From Candidatus Xenobia bacterium (GTDB lineage: Bacteria; Vulcanimicrobiota; Xenobia; Xenobiales; QWHO01), in contig BTUM01000074.1 in NCBI GenBank assembly GCA_045863235.1, positions 1-39,157 on the forward strand: a DNA stretch of 39,157 bases, in the 5' to 3' direction. Numbering within the stretch: the first letter of the stretch is position 1; each line of letters begins with the position of its first letter. The position numbers were made by a program, and so were the translations under genes. Shown here in pieces: positions 32,586-39,157 of this stretch. The notes beneath the pieces are model-generated. The model did not search any database, was not told the DNA's origin, and saw nothing but the letters and a program-made list of their open reading frames with translations.

Positions 32586-33526
32586 ACTGCCATACCATCG
32601 CCCGATCCTCGGGCTCGATCTTCAGCGCCTGGGCGCGACCGGCCGTGCCAGAGGCCTCGAACGGAGACAGCTACCAGAAAACTCCCGCCTGGCAGGCGGC
32701 TCTGAAAGGCGGTGTCCGACTCGGAGTTCGGGCCGTCAAGGCAGGCGGGCGAGGGGTCGTCCGGGGGGCCCGATTCATCGCCCGCCTGGCCCGTCGCCAA
32801 CCCCGGGTGGCCCTGGGCGTGGCGGGCGCGCTGCTGTTGGCCGGGGCCATCGGGGTGGTCGTCACCCGGCAGGACCCGATCGTGCCGCCCCCGCCTCCAC
32901 CGATCTCGGTGGTGGTGGAAAGCCCCAGCGGGGCCCAGGTCTTCGAGAGCCAGGCTGCCCCAGTTCAGGGCCAGCTTGTGCACACCGTTCAGCCGGGCGA
33001 CACCCTGTTTCGCATCTCCCAGCGCTATGGAGTCAGCCTGCAAGCGATCGCCAGCGCCAACAACCTGGCCGATCCCAACCAGATTGTAGCGGGGAGCCAG
33101 CTCGTCATTCCCCAGAGCGTCATTCCCCCGCCGGTAGCGACCGCGCCAGTCGACCCGATGGCCAGCTTCTACCAGGAGTATCGCCCCCTGGCCAGCCAGA
33201 TCGAGTCAGGACTGGGCTATGACGGCGGGGTTCTGACGGCCGTGGCCTACTACTTCAGCGCCTACGACGGCGCCAGCCTGGTCGGCAACAACCTCTACGA
33301 CCTGCCCGCCGACGCCGACTGGACCGGACCCGTGTTGGAGGGCCAACGCCGCTATGACGGGCCCGTCGGCAGCATGGTGGACTACACCCTCTTTCGGATC
33401 GCCGCTGCCGGAGTCGAGCCGGGCCTCACGGGACACGAATTGCTGGCCGAGATGGAGGCCCGGGGCGTCCTGAGCCACGGTCAGAAGGTCGTGATCCAGG
33501 CCCTCTACGAGATTGCGCCGTCTTGA
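32582..33526 (+). CDS. Membrane-anchored LysM plus GH73-like protein
   Basis: ATGA overlap; TM helix; LysM HTVQPGDTLFRISQRYGVSLQAIASANNLADPNQIVAGSQLVIP; GNNLYDLPA, WTG, RRYDGPVGSMVDY. Confidence 0.8.
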   Translation: MNCHTIARSSGSIFSAWARPAVPEASNGDSYQKTPAWQAALKGGVRLGVRAVKAGGRGVVRGARFIARLARRQPRVALGVAGALLLAGAIGVVVTRQDPIVPPPPPPISVVVESPSGAQVFESQAAPVQGQLVHTVQPGDTLFRISQRYGVSLQAIASANNLADPNQIVAGSQLVIPQSVIPPPVATAPVDPMASFYQEYRPLASQIESGLGYDGGVLTAVAYYFSAYDGASLVGNNLYDLPADADWTGPVLEGQRRYDGPVGSMVDYTLFRIAAAGVEPGLTGHELLAEMEARGVLSHGQKVVIQALYEIAPS

Positions 33527-33570
33527 CCCGGTCTTTGCTTTGGGGGCGAACCTGGGCTACCATGGGGGAC

Positions 33571-33984
33571 ATGACTCGACGATCGGCCGGATTCTCCCTG
33601 ACCGAGGTGCTGCTCTCCTTGATGATCCTGGCCTGCCTGTCGGTCCTGATGGTGGGCTCGGTTCCGGCTGCCATCTTCGGGCTGCGAGCCGCCGAGCAGC
33701 AGGTAGCCGCCTCGGGGGTGGCCCGGGGCGGGCTCGAGCGCCTCAAAGCCCGTGGCTTCGGGGCGCTGCCGACCGGCGCCAACCAGCCGCTGGGGGTGGT
33801 CACGCTGGACGGAGTGGACTACACCGTCCAGTGTGACGTGCAAGCCCTCCCCGTCAGCGGCACCCCGCCCGCTGCGGCCCCTCCCGCCCCCTGGCTCAAG
33901 CGTGTTACCGTTACGGTCACCTGGAAGGGCCGCTCGGGGGAGCGCCGCTACACCCTGAGCCAGCTGCTGTCGCGGGTCCCATGA
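33571..33984 (+). CDS. Type IV minor pilin / pseudopilin (PilV-like)
   Basis: Class III signal MTRRSAG|FSLTEVLLSL (G-1, F+1, E+5); KRVTVTVTW. Confidence 0.85.
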   Translation: MTRRSAGFSLTEVLLSLMILACLSVLMVGSVPAAIFGLRAAEQQVAASGVARGGLERLKARGFGALPTGANQPLGVVTLDGVDYTVQCDVQALPVSGTPPAAAPPAPWLKRVTVTVTWKGRSGERRYTLSQLLSRVP

Positions 33985-34670
33985 CAAGGCGCGCCTTCAC
34001 CATCCCCGAGATCCTCACGGTCACCTTTCTGGGGCTGATCGTGATGACCATGGCGGCCCAGCTGATGTGGCCGGCGGCCGAGATGTACCGGCGCGAGCAG
34101 GCCTCGTCGGACTGCTACCAGTCGGCCCAGATGGTCATCACCCGTCTCAGCCGCGAGCTACTCAACGCCAGCCTGGAATCGGTCACCCTGCTGCACGACC
34201 CCGACAGTCCCATCCCGTCGGCGGTCTCGTTCGTCCCCTTGCAGGGATTTGGGCCCCGAGGCACGCCCCAATACGGCTCGGCTGTCGTCTGTTACTACTT
34301 CCTGCCAGCCCAGAGCCGGGTGATCCGAACCACCTGGACGCCCGGGCGTCCTCCCCTGGCGGGCGCCGACTACTCGCTGGCCCGTCCCGAGCCCCCCTGT
34401 CTGAGCCACGCCGACCTGGCCGCGATCTGCGCCTTTGATGCCTCCCAACCCGTGGGAGGGCGCGTGGTGGGCTTCCATGTCAAGAGCTTCCGAGTCCACG
34501 ACGCCGACGATGATCCCAACTCGACGGCCGACGACAACCTGGCCCAGCTCACCCCTCCACTGGTGCTGGAGGTCACCACCGAAGCCCTGGTCCACCGGCG
34601 CTCGCGCCAGCCCCACACCACCTCGGTGGTGCTGCAGGACAGCCTGACCCCCCGGAGCACCCGCTGGTGA
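33981..34670 (+). CDS. Type IV minor pilin / pseudopilin (PilW/GspJ-like)
   Basis: MTRRA|FTIPEIL prepilin motif; ITRLSRELLNA; ATGA overlap. Confidence 0.8.
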   Translation: MTRRAFTIPEILTVTFLGLIVMTMAAQLMWPAAEMYRREQASSDCYQSAQMVITRLSRELLNASLESVTLLHDPDSPIPSAVSFVPLQGFGPRGTPQYGSAVVCYYFLPAQSRVIRTTWTPGRPPLAGADYSLARPEPPCLSHADLAAICAFDASQPVGGRVVGFHVKSFRVHDADDDPNSTADDNLAQLTPPLVLEVTTEALVHRRSRQPHTTSVVLQDSLTPRSTRW

Positions 34671-36460
34671 GGCGGCGCGGTGCCAGCCTGCACCTGGTGC
34701 TGGTTCTGGTCATGCTGCTCTCGATGCTGGCCCTCAGCATGACGGCCCTGTACGTCTCCAACCTGAACTTCGCTCACGCCGGCCTGAACCGAGGGCTGGC
34801 GCAGCAAGAGGCCGAGACCGCCCTCAACGAGCTGGTGGCTCGGCTGACCCAGAACCCGGCTTACGGCCTCAACGGAGAGATCTTGAGCGGCACCGCCAGC
34901 CCCGGACTGCATCCAGGTCAGGCCTATCACGTCATCTCCTTCCGGCGCGGTGGCAGCTGGCCTTATTCTACCAACAACCTCTCGGGTGGGGCCCGGGGAT
35001 ACCCTGACCAGGCGCTGCCAGCCGGCAGCGTGCACGTCATGGCGGTGGGCTTTTGCAAGGGCCAGACCTGCACGCTGGAGGTCCTGCTGCAGCATCCGCC
35101 TTTCCCCTACGGTCTGGCCGTGGACGGGCCGGTGCGCTCCAACTCCTCGCTGGTGGTGCGTGGCACCACGGGGGTGGGGCCGAACGGCGAGCTGGAGTAC
35201 GACCGCCCCGGCCACGTGGCTTCCAACCGGGCCGGCAATGACACGGTGGACATTCCCGGTGAGCAGACCTACATCACCGGGTTCATCCAGACCCCGGGCA
35301 CCATTCGCCTGCATCCCCGGGCCGTCGTGCGAGGTGGGCTCAAGCCGCTCAGCCAGCAAGTCGAGTTGCCCCGCATCGACTTCAGCCAGTTCCAAGCGCT
35401 GGAAACAGAAGGGGTCCGGGTCCAGGACCGGGAGTTCTTTGAAAGGCAGAACCTCAACACGCTCTACTATTCCCCCAACGACCTCACCTTCCAGAGCGGG
35501 ATCAAGTTCCAGAAAGGCCTGGTGCGCTGTCTTGGAAACGTGACCGTGCGGGGCGGCCTGAGCGGCGAGGGGGCCCTGATCGTGGATGGCGACGTGACCA
35601 TCGTGGAGGGTGCCACCCTCTCGGGAAGCAACCGGGTGGCCGTGGTATCGCGCGGCAAGATCACCATCCAGGGCGGCGGCAGCTACTTCCAGGGCCTGGT
35701 CTACTCCGAGAAAGAGCTGGAGGCGGACAAGGTGACCATCGTGGGCAATACGGTGGTCAACCTGGCCCCCGGCAGCACCGCCAGCGGCTCGGCCAGCCTC
35801 AAGGAGAACGTCGTGATCGTGGGGGACGAGTCGGTGGCCCGAATGAAGCTGCGGGTAGCCCGTCCCGGAACCGTGCAGTATCAGAACGAGCCCGGCCGCT
35901 TTCCGCTCAAGCCCCAGACCGGAGCGGCCCGAGACGGGGTCTTCTACTTCCCGGAGACCCCCGAAGGGCTGGGGGTGGCCTACTACCCGCCCGACGATGA
36001 CACGGACTACCTGTCCAACTGGCTGAACGCCTCTCGCGATGCGCTCTGGAACACGGCCAAAGACCCCGGCGGCTCTCCCCTGCGCGTCCACACCGGGGTG
36101 GTGGTCACCGAGGCCCTGGAGTCCAAAGTGCTGTATGAGCAGCTGGGCTGGGTGGCGGTCGAAGCTCGCGACATCGCCGAAGAGCTCGAGCAGGCCCAGC
36201 GCGCCGGCGATGACATCGCCGTCGCCAGGCTGCAGGGCGACCTGGACAGCAAGCATGACGAGTTCATGGAAGTCGAGGCCCAGGCTCGCGCAGCCTTCAT
36301 GAGGTTTTACGACCAGCACACCCGCCTGGACGGCTCGGTGGTGCACACCGACAATCCCGGCCAGCCGCCGCGAGAGTTCGACTTCGAGCTCAACACCTTC
36401 ATGCCGCCCAGCGAAAGCTTCCGGATCACCTACTGGCAGCTTCACCCGGGGAAGCGATGA
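34667..36460 (+). CDS. Large PilX/GspK-like minor pilin with beta-solenoid region
   Basis: MRRRG|ASLHLVLVLV (no E+5, as in PilX/GspK); AQQEAETALNE; repetitive beta-rich GNVTVRGGLSGEGALIVDGDVTI; GTGA overlap. Confidence 0.78.
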   Translation: MRRRGASLHLVLVLVMLLSMLALSMTALYVSNLNFAHAGLNRGLAQQEAETALNELVARLTQNPAYGLNGEILSGTASPGLHPGQAYHVISFRRGGSWPYSTNNLSGGARGYPDQALPAGSVHVMAVGFCKGQTCTLEVLLQHPPFPYGLAVDGPVRSNSSLVVRGTTGVGPNGELEYDRPGHVASNRAGNDTVDIPGEQTYITGFIQTPGTIRLHPRAVVRGGLKPLSQQVELPRIDFSQFQALETEGVRVQDREFFERQNLNTLYYSPNDLTFQSGIKFQKGLVRCLGNVTVRGGLSGEGALIVDGDVTIVEGATLSGSNRVAVVSRGKITIQGGGSYFQGLVYSEKELEADKVTIVGNTVVNLAPGSTASGSASLKENVVIVGDESVARMKLRVARPGTVQYQNEPGRFPLKPQTGAARDGVFYFPETPEGLGVAYYPPDDDTDYLSNWLNASRDALWNTAKDPGGSPLRVHTGVVVTEALESKVLYEQLGWVAVEARDIAEELEQAQRAGDDIAVARLQGDLDSKHDEFMEVEAQARAAFMRFYDQHTRLDGSVVHTDNPGQPPREFDFELNTFMPPSESFRITYWQLHPGKR

Positions 36461-36577
36461 GCAACAAAGAGCGCAACTTTTTAACAAGTCGTTAACGAGC
36501 CGGCAACATGGCCAAAGCTGGCGAAAGGAGGCCGGGTTACCTTCAGGTCGAGATCAGCGACCAGGAGGAAGCGCCCG

Positions 36578-36832
36578 ATGAAAACCAGCCACCCGAAGAA
36601 CCCGATCCCCCAGATGATCGCCGAGGGCTTGAGCAGTTTTTTCACAAACATGCTGGTACCGCCCCAGGTTTCGGTGGAGATGGATCTCAGCGACCAGGTC
36701 TGCCTCTCCCCCTGGGCCGAGCAGGCGGCCGCCTCGCTGCCCCCCAGCCTGGTCGAGGATACCGACCAGATGTATGCCGTGGGGGCGATGATGGGGAAGT
36801 ACCGCTACCAGCTGGCCGCCCTGCTGCGATAG
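36578..36832 (+). CDS. Small hypothetical protein
   Basis: AGGAGG SD before ATG 36578; 84 aa; GC3-rich codons. Confidence 0.6.
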   Translation: MKTSHPKNPIPQMIAEGLSSFFTNMLVPPQVSVEMDLSDQVCLSPWAEQAAASLPPSLVEDTDQMYAVGAMMGKYRYQLAALLR

Positions 36833-36868
36833 AAGTCACATTTGCGCCTGCCTGGAGGCCGCCTACCT

Positions 36869-37708
36869 TCAGGTGGACCAGATTCGCTGATAGAGCTTCG
36901 CGAGCTCGGACGACCTCCCCCGCACCCGGCTGTCCACCTTCCGCACGAAGGGAGCCAGAATCAGCTCCTCGGTGGAAACGGAGCTATCCAGAACGCGCGC
37001 GAACAAGCCGCGGAAGGTGTCGGCGGAAATCACCTGGTCGTGTCGCGCGCAGGCTTGAATCAAGCGCCTGACCGCCGCCAGCTCATCGTGCAACTGCTTG
37101 CGCCGCTCGGAAGGCTGCTCGGGGTCGCGCACCCGATTCATCGTCTCGTCCAGCTCTTCGAGCATCACCCAGAAGCCCCAGGCCAGTTGCTCGCCGAGGG
37201 CCTTGGAGCGGACGGCCACGAAGAAAGTCCGGAAGAGGGCGTCGCGTTGCTCCTCAACTTGACCCATCTCGCGCGCCGCCTGGGTGGCCGGATCGCGCTG
37301 CAAGAGCTTCTGGGCTCCGGCCACCAGGGTTTGCAGCAGAGAGCGCCGGGCAGGCCGCTCGAGCACTCGGCTGACCGACTCGCGCAACTCCTGCAGGCTG
37401 AAGGGCTTGTAGAGGTAGTCGCTGGCTCCCACCTCCAGGGCCCGGGGGGGAGCGGTGGCGTCGGCATAGCCCGTCATCACGATGCTCTGCAGCCCGGGCC
37501 AGCGACGCTTGAGCTGCAGCAGACAGTCCAGCCCGTCCATCCCGGCCATGCGCACGTCAGTGATGATCAGCTCGAACGACTCGTGCTCGGCCAGGCGCAG
37601 CGCCTCCGCCGCGGAGGCGGCCGACTGGACGGAAAGATTCTCATCCTCGAGGAACTCGACGATCGACTCGCGCAGCGCGTCATCGTCTTCCAGCACCAGA
37701 ATGGACAT
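36869..37708 (-). CDS. Response regulator with unnamed C-terminal helical domain (paralog of 25746-26525)
   Basis: MSILVLEDD...TDVRMAGMDGL...MTGYA...YKPF. Confidence 0.9.
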   Translation of the reverse strand: MSILVLEDDDALRESIVEFLEDENLSVQSAASAAEALRLAEHESFELIITDVRMAGMDGLDCLLQLKRRWPGLQSIVMTGYADATAPPRALEVGASDYLYKPFSLQELRESVSRVLERPARRSLLQTLVAGAQKLLQRDPATQAAREMGQVEEQRDALFRTFFVAVRSKALGEQLAWGFWVMLEELDETMNRVRDPEQPSERRKQLHDELAAVRRLIQACARHDQVISADTFRGLFARVLDSSVSTEELILAPFVRKVDSRVRGRSSELAKLYQRIWST

Positions 37709-37804
37709 CGGGCGGGCTTCTCGTCCCGACTTGCCTCAACCTGCTCCGTCGGGATTGCGACCGTTAACCTGCTCAGAGACGGGGATTCCTGCGCGAGAAC
37801 GGTC

Positions 37805-38824
37805 TTACCAGAGAATCTCCATCATCGAGCAGTTCAGCCCGCTCCCGATGCCCATGAGAGCCAGCCGCTGGCCCTTCTTCACCCGTCCCCGGTCGCGAGC
37901 CAGGGCCAGCGTCAGGGGCACCGAGGCAGGGCCGACGTTGCCCAGGTAGGGATAGGTCAAGAAGGCCTTGCTCAAGTCGAGCCCCAGCCGGTCGAACAAG
38001 GCGCGCTGGTGAGTCGCGCCCACCTGGTGGCAGACGAACAGGTCGATGTTCTGACGCGTCCAGCCAAAGGTCTGGCAGGCCAGCTCGAAAGTGCGCTCGG
38101 CCAGTCCGATGCCCGCCTCCAGCAAGCCTTTCGAGTCGGTTACCATCTCGGTGGGCTGGCCGAGACACAGCCGCGAGTTGCGCGTGTCCGACAGGGCAAC
38201 ATGCCCGGTCAGGTGGTGGTGGTGCTTGGACAGGCTCTTGTGGGTCAGCACCGTCGCCACGGCTCCCGAGCCCAGCGTCAGGGCCGCGAACTGCGAGCGA
38301 AAGGTCACCGCGTCCACATCGGGCTTGCCCAGGCGCTCGATGGTGGCCTCGGTCACCTCGCGGGCACTCTCTGCGTCCACCACCAGGGCGGCGGTGATGG
38401 TGCGCTTGCTGATCAACTCGGCGGCTATGGACATACCGTTGAGGAAACCCAGGCAGGCGTTGCCGATGTCGAAATTCAAGCAGTTGTCGGGCAGGCAACC
38501 GAGCTCTCCGTGGATCAGGCTGGCCATGGAGGGCTCGATGTAATCCTTGCAGACCGACGTGCTGATCAGGCATCCGATGTGCCCGGGCGGCACGTCGGAG
38601 GCTGCCAGGGCCTTGCGAGCGGCCATCGCGCCCAACTCGCTCAGGCGCACACCCGGGTCCCAAAAGCGTCGCTCCTCCACACCCGAAAGGGCAATGAGCC
38701 GCTCCGGCACCACCTCGAGCCTCTCCAGAGTAGCGCTCAACTCTTCGAAGATCGACACCGTAGAAACCACGTTGGGGGGCAACTCGCAGGCTACCGACTC
38801 GACACACACCTGATCGTGCAGCAT
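37805..38824 (-). CDS. oleA: OleA-type thiolase-fold acyl condensing enzyme (FabH-like)
   Basis: TSVCKDYIEPSMAS (Glu), FDIGNACLGFLNGM (Cys), FAALTLGSGA, HQVG (His), GNVGPASVP (Asn), LMGIGSGLNCSMMEILW follow OleA rather than canonical FabH. Confidence 0.82.
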   Translation of the reverse strand: MLHDQVCVESVACELPPNVVSTVSIFEELSATLERLEVVPERLIALSGVEERRFWDPGVRLSELGAMAARKALAASDVPPGHIGCLISTSVCKDYIEPSMASLIHGELGCLPDNCLNFDIGNACLGFLNGMSIAAELISKRTITAALVVDAESAREVTEATIERLGKPDVDAVTFRSQFAALTLGSGAVATVLTHKSLSKHHHHLTGHVALSDTRNSRLCLGQPTEMVTDSKGLLEAGIGLAERTFELACQTFGWTRQNIDLFVCHQVGATHQRALFDRLGLDLSKAFLTYPYLGNVGPASVPLTLALARDRGRVKKGQRLALMGIGSGLNCSMMEILW

Positions 38825-39001
38825 GATTGGGGCGCGATTTGGCCAACGCCAGGCAAAGTCCTGCGGCTGCGGGATCTCATCGAGCCGTGACTGCTCGTAG
38901 TGTCTGGGGTCGACGCGATGACTGCCATCCCCGTCTTGAGCCGCCGGCGCGCGGTTTCGGACATGGGGGTTTTATGGCCGGGAACCGCGTCAAGAGGCTC
39001 C

Positions 39002-39110
39002 GGGCGCGCTGTAACGCAGTGTTCGTCAGATTGACGCCTGGTGCACCCGAAGGTTTTACCCATCCTTCGGGGGAGCTCCAAACGAGTCTGTCAGCGCGCT
39101 TTACAGTCCC
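39002..39110. ncRNA. Candidate structured non-coding RNA (long irregular hairpin, some 6S-like features)
   Basis: Nested pairings CTGTAA/TTACAG, AGTGT/GCGCT, CAGAT/GTCTG, CCCGAAGG/CCTTCGGG in an intergenic region. Confidence 0.3.
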
Positions 39111-39157
39111 TCGCATTGAGTGTGCGATGAATTCTCAACAGGTTGAACTTCGTCGCA

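Noticed and set aside
36457..36495. 12-aa ORF overlapping the PilX-like stop
   Set aside because: Too short, AT-rich, no supporting signal.
10176..38890. Other long antisense ORFs (10176-12203, 19035-20816, 23653-25440, 26875-28629, 34370-36487, 36842-38890)
   Set aside because: Each mirrors well-supported genes on the other strand and lacks recognisable domains.
38825..39157. tmRNA, RNase P, SRP RNA or OLE RNA
   Set aside because: None of their hallmark sequences is visible on either strand; OLE RNA is unrelated to oleA despite the name.

Overview
High-GC bacterial window with no rRNA, tRNA, CRISPR array or transposase that I can see. It opens with a minus-strand flagellar block (fliK-like, short flhB-like, flgF, flgG, rod-binding-only flgJ, and a FliA/WhiG sigma-28 gene cut by the window edge). 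The rest is accessory and signalling rich: TldE/PmbA, TPR and secreted proteins, a cupin, a lipoprotein gamma-carbonic anhydrase, a REC-SARP/BTAD regulator, a SLOG-like protein, M20, C39-like and calpain-like peptidases, a CHAT-FHA-FHA protein, a double PilZ protein, a GAF histidine kinase, two paralogous response regulators, two Ser/Thr kinases, a frameshifted nucleotidyltransferase, two GH73-like membrane proteins, three minor pilins and an orphan oleA. The gene style suggests Ca. Eremiobacterota (Vulcanimicrobiota); this is inference only. Best leads: (1) a tandem gamma-CA whose Zn ligands are split complementarily between two domains; (2) two GH73-like proteins sharing the same loss of the catalytic Glu; (3) an intergenic motif AAAYRTTCA repeated upstream of lineage-specific genes, several of which have effector-like N-termini with a D-x-x-x-L motif; (4) a catalytically dead CHAT domain with two FHA domains; (5) a shared unnamed response regulator output domain; (6) candidate structured RNAs at about 21.75 kb and 39.0 kb. 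All family calls come from motif recognition by eye; no searches were run.
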